Assembly (NCBI RefSeq): GCF_006345805.1
Contig: NC_043014.1
Location: 39,928,001 to 39,992,000, forward strand
DNA from: Octopus sinensis
Taxonomy: Eukaryota
Reading direction: 5' to 3'
Length of the DNA: 64,000 bases
Numbering within the stretch: position 1 is the first letter of the stretch; each line of letters opens with the position of its first letter. A model generated the notes under the pieces. It did no database searches. It saw only the letters and a list, made by a program, of their open reading frames with translations, and was not told the origin of the DNA. The translations under genes and the position numbers were made by a program. Of the stretch, positions 22,935-36,593 are shown piece by piece.

Positions 22935-23490
22935 ATCATCATCATTATCATTGTTTAACGTCCGCTTTCCATGCTGGCATGGGTTGGATGGTTTGACTGA
23001 GAACTGGTAAGCGAGGGGCCTGCATGAGGCTCCAATCTGATTTGGCAAGGTTCTACAGCTGGATGCCCTTTCTAACGCCAGCCACTCTGAGAGTGTAGTG
23101 GGTGCTTTTCACGTGCCAATGGCTTGAATGGTACTTTTTTATGTGCCACTGGCATGGGTGCCAGTCAGGCAGCACTGGCATCAACCACACTCGAATGGTA
23201 CTTTCTACTTACCACCAGCACGGGTGCCAGTCAGATGGCATTGGCATCAGCCATGACTACAATTTCACTTGGTTCAACAGGGCTTCACAAGCATGGCATA
23301 TCGCTCGACAATTGAAGGGTTCTTTTAAATGGGCCAGTTATGAAATATTGGCGTCAGCCAATCTCACTTGGCTTGCGAAGTTTTCTCAGGCACAGCATGT
23401 CTCCAAAGGTCTTGGTCACTTGTCATTGCTTCTGTTTGAAGGTTATGCTTCACCACCTCATCCCATGTTTTCTTGGGTCTACCTCTTCTA
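22935..23490 (-). mobile_element. RTE-clade LINE 3' end (ORF tail + repeat-containing 3'UTR + GAT tail)
   Basis: RGRPKKTWDEVVKHNLQ..DQDLWRHAV then UTR ending CCAACCCATGC..GGACGTTAAAC(GAT)n. Confidence 0.75.
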
Positions 23491-24469
23491 TCTCACTCTT
23501 CACCTTATCCTCTTTTTTCTCTCTCCTTTTTCTTTTTCCTTTTTCCTTTTTCTTTCTTCTTTTTCTTTTTCCTTTTTCTTTCTTCTTTTTCTTTTTCCTT
23601 TTTCTTTCTCCTCTCTTTCCCTTCATCTAATCATCTGAAAGCGTTACAATTACATTTCCTCTACCTCACATCATGGACGCTTGTATTTACCTCTTTTCTC
23701 CCCCCCCACTCTTTTTCTCCCTCCTTCTTTTTCTCTCTCCTTCTTTTTCTCCCTCTTTCTTTCTAATCACATGAAAGTGTTACCGCTGGGGCTAAGTAAC
23801 ACAATGACAAACAGAATTATTATAAGATAAATTTTAAGATGGAGAGCTAAAGAATCATTATCCGGAAATATTTCTCTCTCTATTTCTAAACATGGTTTTC
23901 CATATATTGACACAACCTCTGGGCCATTCTTGCATACTGTACATGACAGTAAAATGCTCAAATTATGAAATATCTAACATTTACAAGAATTATATTGATT
24001 CATTTTTCACAATAAAATTTAACAACACAGGCAAGTATTAAAACAAAAAAATTTTAAAAAGGAATGCATGTTGAATTTTTTTTATATGGATTCAAAAAGT
24101 GTGACGTACGTGTCATTGCATGAAATATATTTTTTTCACCTGAAAATATCAACTGCTAATTCCTTTGAATTTCTCCAGAGCAGCATAAAAAGCCTCATGG
24201 TATTAATTTACATTGACCTTGAAATTTCAAAAAAATGCTAATGAATTTGCAAGACAACAATATCTGTGGTGATGACTCACATTTACATAGTTTGAGATGC
24301 ATAACAAAAGAATGTTATGGTGGGGAGATTTGTTTTGGTTTCATCTGGGAATATTGTTATTGTTTAGAGTTCAGTCAGGCATGCAAATAAAAGATGTATC
24401 AAATTCGGATTACCATATAACTGACAAAAAAATTCATGTTAAAAACAATGCTATTTAGAGGTGATAATT

Positions 24470-24760
24470 ATCATCATCATCATCATCATCATCGTTTAGC
24501 GTCCGCTTTCCATGCTGGCATGGGTTGGACGGTGCAACTGGGGTCTGGGAAGCCAGAAGGCTGCACCAGGCCCAGTCTGATCTGGCAATGTTTCTACGGC
24601 TGGATGCCCTTCCTAATGCCAACCACTCCATGAGTGTAGTGGGTGCTTTTTACGTGCCACCAGCACAGGTGCCAGACGAGGCTGGCAAACGGCCACAATC
24701 GGATGGTGCAATTTACGTGCCACCGGCACGGAGGCCAGGCGAGGCTGGCAACGGCCGTCC
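24470..24760 (-). mobile_element. RTE 3'UTR-derived element; siblings at ~36895-37110(+), 52090-52500(+), 54470-54890(-), 56345-56645(+), 58310-58600(-), 58880-59125(-), 60130-60525(+), 63660-63850(-)
   Basis: Shared core GGTTGGCGTTAGGAAGGGCATCCAGC and (GAT)n tail; number of ~63-bp units varies between copies. Confidence 0.8.
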
Positions 24761-25010
24761 AAATACACAGAAACATGTAAAACCAAACTTAAAAATATAA
24801 GACAAGGAGACAACAAGGAACTTAGATAGAAATAATTAAAGAGGTTTGTAATCAGAATTGTCCCAGTATTGACACCTGGTCAAATATGATTCATTTCAAA
24901 ATATTTTTACAGGTATATAGTGATTTTTGTGGGTATCCTGAAAATTTTTGAAAATCTGCTTTGGTTTGAAAACAGTGTCTGTTAAAAAATAAACCATTTT
25001 GACATATATA

Positions 25011-25422
25011 GGCGCAGGAGTGGCCGTGTGGTAAGTAGCTTGCTAACCAACCTCATGGTTCCGGGTTCAGTCCCACTGCGTGGCATCTTGGGCAAGTGTC
25101 TTCTGCTATAGCCTCGGGCCGACCAATGCCTTGTGAGTGGATTTGGTAGACGGAAACTGAAAGAAGCCTGTCGTATATATGTATATATATATATGTGTGT
25201 GTGTGTATATGTGTGTGTGTCTGTGTTTGTCCCCCTAGCATTGCTTGACAATCGATGCTGGTGTGTTTACGTCCCCCGTCACTAAGCGGTTCAGCAAAAG
25301 AGACCGATAGAATAAGTACTGGGCTTCCAAAGAATAAGTCCCGGGGTCGATTTGCTCGACTAAAGGTGGTGCTCCAGTATGGCCGCAGTCAAATGACTGG
25401 AACAAGTAAAAGAGTAAAAGAG
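25011..25422 (+). mobile_element. tRNA-derived SINE family A, full-length copy
   Basis: GGCGCAGGAGTGGCCGTGTGG head, GGTTCAGTCCC B-box-like motif, CCTTGGGCAAG-type core, internal TA/GT microsatellite, (GAGTAAAA)n tail. Confidence 0.85.
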
Positions 25423-26276
25423 AGTAATATTTATGGGTGAATAGAGATTTTTCTGAGGATTCTGAAAATTTTTAGAAAACTGTTGTGTTTTATTTAGCTT
25501 CATGAGAATGGCCATCTCACACTATTAGCTTCATTTATGTTTTTTCTAAAAACCACCAGATAGTGAACACTTGAAATGGCTCTTGTGTTTTTTAAATTTT
25601 TCTTAAATTTTCCTTAATTGTTTTTTTAGGAGTCTGACTCATGCAAGCATGGCAAAAATTGGATGAGTTTCTGCATTTAAAATATATTGTTCAATATTTT
25701 TAATTATAGAGTGTTACAATTCATGTATTTGATGGGTTTTTTTTGTTAGATATTTTTATATAAAAAAAGACTTGTTATTTAAAATATTTGTATTTTTAAC
25801 TCTGAAATTTTCATATTGATATCAAGTATGATAATTTTTATAATTTGCATATAGTGACATAAAAATACACACACACACATGCATATTAATTAACATAATT
25901 AATTAAAGAAAAGGTTGTAAATGATTCTGAGGTTTTGGCTTACTTGTCTTCAGACTGTACTTAACTGGTGTACTTTTTGGATCTGTATGGTCTTTGGTAA
26001 GTTGTTTTATGGGTTGGTTATGTAAATGATAATTAGGTGTGATACAGGTTGACCAAGGATGTAGTTGTGTAGAAAGTGGAGGTAGCGGAGGACAGGAGCA
26101 AAGTGTGTCTAAGGCATGGGTTGATAGAAAGTTACGGTGAGGAGATTTGTTTTGGTTTGATGTAGGAATTTTGTAATTGTTTAGGGTTCAGTCAGGCATG
26201 GAAATAAAGGGTAATCAGATGTGTTAAATTCAGATTATGACATTTTCTTTTAGAAAGTTGTTGGTTTGTGGTGCTG

Positions 26277-26314
<38 letters not shown>

Positions 26315-26392
26315 TACACACACACACACACACATAAACACACACACATATATATATAATGACAGAGATGGAGGATATGAAAACCTCTGTTG

Positions 26393-26498
26393 ATCACTAC
26401 AATCGTTTCAACCCATCTAGCACCAATCCTTCATGGATAGGATACTATACAGTTGACTTGGGTGTATCCCTTGGTGTAGGTGTGTCTCCTCAGGTGAT
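26393..26498 (-). ncRNA. Type I hammerhead ribozyme
   Basis: ATCAC-CTGAGGA-GAC..GTT-GAAA-CGATTG-TA-GTGAT; 5-bp stem I, canonical core, GUA site. Confidence 0.72.
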
Positions 26499-27014
26499 TT
26501 CAAGAGGTATCTCATTAAAATAAATTCTGTTTCACACAACTTATTTCTGCATGTTTTCTTCTTGGCCTTTGTTTATAGAAATGGCAAATTATGACCTACA
26601 TCTTCGTTCTTATGGAAGATTCACAACAGAGATGAGATACAAAAAGAAACAAATATACAATATATGCATATATACACATATACACATACAAATGTGTGTA
26701 TATATAAATACATCACTTTATATGCATATATGCATCGGACAATATGAGTGGATGTGAAAATGGGTGAGCTTATATGTATATGCATGCATATGAGCAGCTG
26801 TGTATAAATATACATCCATGTGGGTATATTTTTATCAGTACATGTGAGTATACTTACAAACATGTAAGTCATTTGCTTATTATAAAATATAATAAAATAA
26901 ATTATCTTTGCATGTCCTTAAGTTGCAAAACAATTGTTGTGATACAAGTATATCCAATGGTTAAATAAACTTTATCATACTATTTCTCTCATCATTTGTA
27001 ACTTTATATATATA

Positions 27015-27527
27015 CTAGCAGTATCGCCCGGCGTTGCTCGGGTTTGTAAGGGAAATAACTATATAACCATTTTTAGAGAGTTACTTCCCTTATAGATGCC
27101 AATTCGGGCTTTCTTAGCCATTTCTGTTTTGGTGTCTTCAAGCCATGAAGTCGTTGTTCTAAAAGAACGCTGGTCTCCTTGACAACGCTTTACGACGTTG
27201 ATTTTCTTACACTCCCTTGCCCACAGCTTCACGAGGGAAGGAAGAAGGGGGAGAAGCAAACAGGTGCAGATGTGAGCGTGGACGCCAACTCCGCCGCCAT
27301 CGAAACACGAAAAATTATGCATTAAAATGGAATAAAAAATTATGTTAAATTATTTTTTAAATCGTAGACTCATCGTAGACGCGCGCTAATAGCCAGACGA
27401 GCTCGATATGAATCACGACTATAAGATACCCGAATTTGGTTAAACTGCACTGCAAAATGTGGGAGTAGTTAGGAATCTAAATCGAAGGGGACAGACACTC
27501 ACACAACTACAGTTTTATATATATAGA
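27015..27527 (-). mobile_element. Non-autonomous Helitron with ~200-bp GC-richer cargo
   Basis: Same 5' and 3' ends as 21978-22374; unique insert at ~27095-27310. Confidence 0.85.
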
Positions 27528-27639
27528 TAAATTAGAAATAAAACCACTATAATGCAACTCATTGATAGACATAAACCAATACATAAATAAGAAATAATAT
27601 ATATATATATATATTATATATATATATAATATATATAAT

Positions 27640-27882
27640 AAATGCACCCTTTTAAAGCCTAGCCAGGCTCATGGGCCCGGTTTCTATAGCGTATGTGTTC
27701 TCCAGCTGGACGGGACACCAGCCCATCGCAGCGTTACTAATTTTTGCCAGCTGAGTGGACTGGAGCAACGTGAAATGAAGTGTTTTGCTCAAGAACACAA
27801 CGCATCGCCCGGTCCAGGAATCGAAACCACAATCTTACGATCATGGTGCTGGCACCCTAACCACTAAGCCACGCGCCTCCAC
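27640..27882 (-). mobile_element. tRNA-headed SINE (siblings 35160-35385(-), 40195-40450(+))
   Basis: GGCGCGTGGCTTAGTGGTTAGGG..GGTTTCGATTCC head; shared CTTGAGCAAAACACTT..TCCAGTCCACTCAGCTGG body. Confidence 0.7.
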
Positions 27883-28091
27883 TCACACACACACATATAT
27901 ATAAAATTCTTTTTGAGAACATTAGGTCATGAAGCAGATAATCTATAAGTAATACCATGTAAACATAGTGCAGCCTTTAACTTTTTCTATCTAATATTTA
28001 CATGCAATTATCCATAGCTTATCTGCTTCAAAATCCAACATTCCAAAAAGGAGTTATTTCATGTTCTCTTGAAGTTTACAAATTCTTATGG

Positions 28092-28130
<39 letters not shown>

Positions 28131-29844
28131 AACATTCATACATACAGTTACAAAACAATCTCAGATACACAAAACACATATATTTACATTTATAAAGAAA
28201 GATTTCTTCACTTCTAATTCTATATGATATACATAAACTAATTCCTACATTTTACATTTCTAAATTTCTAAACATTCAAATGAATGTCAATACAGATTTG
28301 TTATCAACTTGGATGTTGCTAGTTAGCTGTGGAATGAATGATAGCTGAAAATTATGATTATAATTAATTTAATTTATCCAAGAAATCTTATTCATCCAAG
28401 AAATCTTACGCTTTCAAGATGTTTTCATTCTACCTTTCTTCCAATTTTCTTTCCCTTTGACACTTTGCATGAAATATCTTTTAAGCTAACTTTGCTCACG
28501 ATTTAATATAAATGATTTTTCAGGAAAATATAATCAATATGCTGTTTTGAAATCAACAAAGGAAAACATTTAAGAAAAAATAAATACATATATATATAAT
28601 AAAAAAAAAACAAATAAAGAAATGAAAACATTTGAATGTAAAGAAATAGAAAATGTGAAATGATGGTCAAATTGACAGATCGGTTTTATTATCTTTACTG
28701 GTGTTTATGTAATAATTTTCCAAAGAAAACACGAACAAAGGATAACTATAAAATTGACTTTCAGGAATATGTTTTTATTTTATCTTATTTCCTTCCATTT
28801 CATGGAATGAATCACTTTTCTCCTAGCAACGCAACAATTGGTGTTTTATTCTTCATGTTAGCTATTTTACAGATGTGGAAACAAAATCTTAATATCCTTA
28901 GCTTCAATGTAAATTTTCAAACATACAACAGTCATGAAAAAAAAATCCAAAAAAAAAAAAATCAATGACACCAAAACATTTGTATCTGAAAAAAAAACAA
29001 AATAGTCCAAGATCTGTGTGTATGTAAAAATGAATCTACTTGAGAGGAAACATAAAGCTTCCTAACAATGTCCCATTCAATGAATGTAACTGTGACAGAT
29101 ATGTGTTTGAGGACAGTGTTAGATTGATAATAATAAGTTTGAAAAAACTATTTAGAATTATTCATTGATGTTTTTATAACATCAAAGACAATAGCAAAGG
29201 GGAAACTATTGTACTAAGATGAAGCTGTTTTGAAAGATCTATAATACAACAAGATCTATAGTACATGTATCACAAGCTAGATTAGATAGCTATCAACTAT
29301 ACCTACAGATCTCACTGTTTCTGTCTCTGTCTGTCTCTCTCATTGTCATTGCCTATCTTTCTGTAGGAAAAATATATATTATCTTCAATTATGCACTGCA
29401 CATTAATAGTTTGTATTAGTGATAGCACATATGGTAATGATGAAATGTTTGGGCTTAAAGTTGTACAGAATTTGTAAAGATGAATTTTTTTTTTCCTGGC
29501 AAAAATTTTTATAAAATATTATTTTATAAATTCAAAATGAAAAATGTACCCATCTGCTTACAGTGTGATTCAGTCATTCTTATATATTAAAAGAAAGATG
29601 TCATAATATGATACTAAACCACATTAGTTATGCTACCGGAAGTAAAGCAAAATTCTGATTGGCCGGTTCATACTACCAAGTGTAGAAGCACAACTAGTAG
29701 AATGTGATGCACTAGAATTTAATAATACTATCACAATACCATAACAGTTAGTTCTTTGAAGAAAACAATTATACTTTTTTTTAGATATTATATTGAACTC
29801 GTTCTTTTACACCGCTATGAGATAAAATGATATTTAAAGGTTCT

Positions 29845-29942
29845 TTAGTACACATCATCAATGCCTTCCTCTGCAGAACCTTTAAAGATATCGGTCAATA
29901 AATCATTGCGTACTAAGTTAATGCTTCTTAAGTTCTGTGTGA
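29845..29942 (-). CDS. Candidate terminal coding exon of an unidentified gene
   Basis: cctttaatgtcag| then only the phase-1 frame is open: xTQNLRSINLVRNDLLTDIFKGSAEEGIDDVY*; followed by ~2 kb with no recognisable TE. Confidence 0.35.
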
Positions 29943-30176
29943 CTGACATTAAAGGAATGAATTATAATTATGAGTTCTTTTATTGGGGAGTGAATTGGTT
30001 GAGTCCACTACTGTATGTTGTTGGTACATATTTTATTGCCTTTGAAAGTCACAGGTGATTCCCAGAAGGATGGAAAAGTAAGGGATGTCGCTAAATAGTA
30101 CAAAGGCTCTCAGCCATTTCAGGCAACATGCCAAATTATGACAAAGTGCTTATTATTATTATTATTATTATTATTA

Positions 30177-30240
<64 letters not shown>

Positions 30241-30820
30241 GGTGGCAAACTGGCAGAATTGTTAGTGTACCAGATGAAATGCTTAGCGGTATTTTGCTTG
30301 TCACTACGTTCTGAGTTCAAATTCCGCCGAGGTCAACTCTGCCTTTCATCCTTTCGGGGTCGATAAATTAAGTACCAGTTACGCACTTGGGTCAATATAA
30401 TTGACTTAATCCGTTCATCTGTACTTCTTTGTCCTCTCTGTGTTTAGCCCCTTGTGGGCAGTAAAGAAATAGGTATTTTGTCTGCTGTTACATTCTGAGT
30501 TTAAATTCCGCTGAGGTCGACTTTGCTTTTCATCCTTTCGGGGTCGATTAAATAAGTACCAGTTACGCACTGGGGTCGATATAATCGACTTAATCTGTTT
30601 GTCTGTCCTTGTTTGTCCTCTCTGTGTTTAGCCCCTTGTGGGTAGTAAAGAAATAGGTATTTTGCCTGTCTTTATGTTCTGAGTTCAAATTCCACTGGGG
30701 TTGACTTTACTTTTCATCTTTTTGGGATTAATTAAATAAGTACCAGTTATGCACTGGGGTCAATGTAACTGACTTAATCCCTTCCTCCAAATTTCAGGCC
30801 TTGTGTCTACAGGAGAAAGG

Positions 30821-30905
<85 letters not shown>

Positions 30906-31098
30906 TATGTTTGACTTTTGCTTTATGTCTGTACAAGTTGGCTCCCTCCAAGTCTCACCCAGAGACCTCAAGAGACAACTGGTTGGAAGTTCTGTGCCAT
31001 ATATTTGGGGGGGGGGGTTTTTTTTGGTGTTGTACTAGTGAATTTAAAAAAAATAAAAATAAAAAAAAGTTTGTTTTAAACCTTGGGATTACATAGAG

Positions 31099-31146
<48 letters not shown>

Positions 31147-31723
31147 ATTAAGAACTGTTAGCTGGCAGAACCATTAGCACACTGAGAATAAAATGCTTAG
31201 TGGCATTTTGTACATCTTTATGTTCTGAGTTCAAATTCTGCTAAGGTCCACTTTGCCTTTCGTCCTTTTGGGGGTTGATAAATTAAGTACCAACTGAGCA
31301 CTCAGGTCAATATAATCAACTTACTCCCTCCTCCAAACTGCTAGCCTTGTGCCAAAATTCAAAACCATTATTATTGTTGTTGTTGTTATTATTATTAGTA
31401 TTATCATTATTATTATTATTTTTATTATTATTATTATTATTATTATTGAGTGAGAGAGCAGTTCATGCCATCAAAGTGACACTGGGGTAAAATATACGAA
31501 GCCCAATATACCCATCATGACTACCCGTCTGATAAGGGTACACCAGGCACATGCATCACAACCATATGTGCGTGACATGGTGATCTCATATCAAGATAAA
31601 CAGCACATGACCTTGCAGGTGGGGCCCAGTTAGAATTTTCTTCAGGTTGAGTAGCCCATCCCGCTCAAAAGGTCCCTGAATAAGGGTTGTTTAAGGATGT
31701 TGAAAGAACCACCCATGTTTCCA

Positions 31724-31777
<54 letters not shown>

Positions 31778-32264
31778 CATTATTATTGTTTAGATGACAT
31801 GCTGGTAGAATTGTTAGAGCAACACAAAAAAGTGCTTTGTGGCATTTCTTCCAGCTCTTTATGTTCCTTCCGAGTTCAAATTCTGCTGTGGTCGACTTTA
31901 GCTTTCATCCTTTTGGTTGAGCACTGGGTGGGGGTGGGATGGGTGTGATGCAATTCACCAACTCCTTCTACTAAATTTACTGCCATTGTGCCAAAGCAGC
32001 AAGCTAGCAGAAATGTTTAGCAGAAATGTTCTTCCAGCTTTATGATCTGAGTTTCAATTCTGCCATGGTTGGTTTTGCCTTTTGTCCTTTTTGGGGTTGA
32101 TAAAATAAGTATTAGTTGAGCACAGGGAAGGAGTAGGTGGGGGCAATGTCATTGACTAACTGCCTCCCACTAAAATTCTTGGCCTTGTGCCAAAATCTGC
32201 AACAATTATTATTATTATTGTTGTTGTTGTTGTTGTTGTTGTGTTGTTGTTGTTATTGTTGTTG

Positions 32265-32320
<56 letters not shown>

Positions 32321-32618
32321 GTTTAGATGAGATGCTGGTAGAATTGTTAGAGCAACACAAAAAAGTGCTTTGTGGCATTGTTGTTGTTATCAAGGCGGTG
32401 AGCTGGCAGAATTGTTAGTGAGTCAGATAAAATGCTTTGTGGCATTTCGGCTATCTTTATTTTCTGAGTTCAAATTCTCACACAGTTGATTTTGCCTTTC
32501 ACTTTTTCGGGGTTGGTAAATTAAGTACTAGCTGTGCCTCTAGTAGAAAGGATTATTATAATTATTGTTGTTGTTGTTGTTATCATTATTAATTTTATTA
32601 TTATTATCATTATTATCA

Positions 32619-32680
<62 letters not shown>

Positions 32681-32879
32681 TACTTCTTTTATTCCTTTGC
32701 TTGTTTCAGTCGTTTTCACTGCGGCCATGCTGGAGCACCACCTTTAAAGTTTATTTAAGGAGGATGAACAAGACACCCATGTTTTCACAGAGGGGAATTA
32801 TTCAAACCCCAAAGAATTCCTCTCAACACATGGCTATGTTGCTCCTCCACTACTGCTCATGAAGTGTGTCCAACTACTT

Positions 32880-33260
32880 AACACAGATGGGCATAAAAAA
32901 TTGTCTCTCACTCTCCCTATAGTTCAGACCTTGTTCCCTGTCCTTATTCCATGAAAAATGGAATAAGGACATTTTATAGGCATTGTCTGTCCTGCACCAA
33001 GACAATGCAGCAGTTCTCAGTTCCATCTTTGTATCTAACTCCTTAACAAAGATGGGCATCAAAACTCCCTCACTCTCTCTATAGTTCAGACCTTGTTCCC
33101 TGTGAATTTTGGTTGCTCCACAAGCTGAAGGAGAACATGAAGGAAGCTGTGGCAAGGGTCCTGGACACCTTCACTTCCAAAAGCAGTCTGGAGTACTTCA
33201 TAAGTTTCTGTTGCATTTTTGCCCAATTTAATACAAAGCTTTATTGCATAGCAAACTTCC
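32880..33260. mobile_element. Degenerate, rearranged mariner remnant
   Basis: Plus strand HQDNA..KMGIKT..YSSDLVPCEFWLLHKLK; minus strand IKLCIKLGKNATETYEVLQTAFG. Confidence 0.65.
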
Positions 33261-33519
33261 AAATTATCTTCACATCCTGACTGTATTCATGACAAGCATG
33301 TGCTAAATAGTGCTCTCTCTCTGTCAATCTGAAATAAGAAGTGGCAGGTCAGCTTATTAGCTGTATAGTAATGATATCCTAAAATCACAATAATCTAGGA
33401 CAGTTATTACTGCCTCTCCTAAAAAGTCTCAAAACTTCTGGAATGCGCATCATAGATAAGTTTCATTTAATGTGCAGAGCCTTTAGTTGCAATTATTTAG
33501 TATCAATCTCAGGGCACCT

Positions 33520-34011
33520 ATCATTATCATCATCACCATCATCATCCTCATCAGCATCATCATTGTCATTGTCATCATCGTTGTCATCGTTGTTGCCGTC
33601 ATCATCATCATCAGCATCAATATCGTCATTGTTATCATCATCATCATCATCACTGTTGTTGCCATCATCATCATTACCATCATCATCATCATAATCATCA
33701 TCATTATCATCCCCATTGTCATTGTCATTGTCATCGTCGTTGTCATCATCATCAGCATCAACATCGCCATTGTCATCATCATCATCACTATTGTTGCCAT
33801 CATCATCATCATCATCATCATCACCATTGTCATTGTCATCATCGTTGTCGTCGTCATCATCATCAAATCAACATATCATTGTCATCATCATCATCATCAC
33901 CATTGTCTTTGTCACCATCGTTGTCGTCGTCATCATCATCAGCATCAACATATCATTGTCATCATCATCATCATTATCGCCGTTGTTGCCATCATCGTCT
34001 TCATCATCATT

Positions 34012-34042
<31 letters not shown>

Positions 34043-34240
34043 CTATTGTCATTGACATCATCATTGTCATCATTGCCATCATCATCATCATCAGCATCAA
34101 CATCATCATTGTCGTCATCATTATCATTATCATCATCATTGTTGTTGTCATCATCATCATCACTATTGTCATTGACATCATCATTGTCATTGTCATTGTC
34201 ATCATCATTGTTGTCGTCATCATCATCATCATCTTCATTT
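33520..34240. repeat. Degenerate (CAT/CGT/TGT)n trinucleotide tract
   Basis: About 720 bp of interrupted ATC repeats; source of the poly-I, poly-S and poly-M ORFs. Confidence 0.95.
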
Positions 34241-34931
34241 AACGTCTAATCCCTGCTTGGGCGGAGTCAGACAGGTTGACAAGATCCAAGGATCATACGA
34301 AGTTCCAGTGTCTGCTTTGGCATGGTTTCTATGACTGAATGCCCTCCTTGATGCAAACCATTTTCACAGTAAATAACTGGGTACTTTTTTTTTCTTTCTA
34401 CTGGCACTAATGAAGTTGCCATGGAGCTTGCAAGAAAACAGAACTATGAAAGAAAGGAAGGAGGTGATGATAGGGCAAACAGATTCTTGTTGAGGAGCTA
34501 CATGCTTCCTCACCTTTAAGAAAGAGCATTAGAATGATCAGTAGGAACTGCATTTATTGTATATCTGTTTTGTAGATGCTGTATGGTTGAATGGTTAAAA
34601 AAAAAAAGGCTCAATTTTCAAACCTGAGGTGCTGGGTTCAAATCTAAGGCAATAGTAAAAGATACTTGCTTTAGATTGATCAAAGCCTTGTGAGGGAAAA
34701 TGGGTTGATGGAAATTGTGTGGAAGCAGTGGTGTAGTAGTTAGAGGTGTGTGCCACCTGGAGCAGTCATCAGTTTGTTTATGAACCCCACTACCTGGGAA
34801 TGCAGCTTCTACAGAGTTATACAGCAAGCTCAAAAGTGTTGCTCTCATACAAGTGTCAGCTGAAGCTGGAATGGATCATCCACCTCACCTGCTCCCTAGC
34901 AGGTGTGAAAGGGAATAAAGATAGGATAAAG

Positions 34932-35132
34932 CAGTGCTTTTCAAACTTTTTGCTGGAGCGGAACTGCAAGGAAACATTCCACTGGCTCGAGGAACCCCTG
35001 TGCAATAATTTAATAGTCTTATGCACAAATATCTGCACAGGAGAATTAAAAATTACTGCAGATTTAAGCAGTTTTGTTACTTCTTGCGGAACCCCTGGAC
35101 TGTACTGGCGGAACCCTGGTTGAAAACCACAG
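34932..35132. mobile_element. hAT (Charlie-like) MITE
   Basis: TIR CAGTGCTTTTCAA / TTGAAAACCACAG; 8-bp TSD GGATAAAG at 34924-34931 and 35133-35140. Confidence 0.82.
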
Positions 35133-36593
35133 GGATAAAGGATAAAGATCCTTAACCTGAGTTATGTAGACTCATAGTGCCATTTCCCAGGTTTCTGTGG
35201 CACATATATTCCTCCCTGGATGGGACACCGGTCTGTCACAGAATTATTCAGTTTTGCCAGCTGAATAAACTAGACCAACACAGAATGCAGTGTTTTGCTC
35301 AAGAACACAACATGTTACCTGGTCCAGGAATCGAAACCACACTCTTATGATCACGAGTCCAACACCCTTACCACTAAACCACCTGCTTTAAATCTATCCA
35401 AGAGCATAAAGGCATTGGATAGATTTAAATGTAATTCAAAGGTACAGCTTTATCACATGCTATATCACATTGATTTTACCCAAGGATCATGTTAAAGTTA
35501 CACACGCCTATAAAATGAATGCTCAGGTGCTTACATACTAATTCAATAAGCAATTAATCCAGGTGATTAAACAACAGAATCGTCTTGATCAAAACCAATA
35601 GAGACCTGTTCAACTATTACAACACCTGTTCTATTGTAATGTTAATTACACCTTCAGTTATCATTATCTGGTGAACTTCTCTTACACATCACCATTTCTT
35701 TTCTGCTTTTCCTGTTCTAGAAATTCATTTTATTACAACGTTTGTAACAATAAATATAAAAGGAGGAAATGGGATGTTGTGTCTTTCATGCCCTTTTTTT
35801 TTATTAATATGAAAGTATCAATTAGCATAAGTTAAATAAAATAGCTTCAGACAGTATTGGATTTGGCTAGGTGGATCCACTGTTACTCTCTCTCTCTCTC
35901 AGTCCCCCCTCTCTCTGACCCTCTCTCTCTCTCTCTGTCCCTCTCTCTCCATCCCACTCTCTCCGTCCCTCTCTCTCTCACCCACTCTCTCTCTCTGCAT
36001 GCATTCATATACATCATCATCATCATCATCATTTAATTTAATGTTTGCTTTCCATGCCAACACATGTTGGGCAGTAATACATATATACGTCCGACTGTCC
36101 TTCAGGACACTAGCAACCCTAGGGCCGACGCTGCCCATCATATGTGTGTGTGTGTTTGTTTATATTTATAAATGAAGTGACTGAGACCTTTGCTAATTTG
36201 CTATGCTTGAGAAGAACACCCATCAAGCCAAATGAAATCATAGTCATGGCATATACTGGTGTCACACAAATGGCACCCATGCCAGTGGCATGTAAAAGCA
36301 CCCATTACACTCTTGGAGTCGTTGGCATTAAGAAGAACAACCCTCCATAGAAGCCATGCCAAATCAGACAGGAGTCTGGTACGGCTTTCAGGTTACCAGC
36401 CCATATCAAATTGTCCAACCTATGCCAGCATGGACAAATGGACACTAAGTGATGATGATGTTGTGATATATGTATAATATATATATATATTTATTTTTAG
36501 ATATAAATGATGTACTTAAATGGAGTTATGTTTTTAGCTTCTGCTTTTTCCATAGTCACATGTGAGTATCTTATTTATATTCCCTCGTAAGCT

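Noticed and set aside
33483-34249. Long poly-Ile/Ser/Met ORFs (also 1834-2401, 30760-32758, 40379-40656)
   Set aside because: Products of microsatellites lacking stop codons; no domain content.
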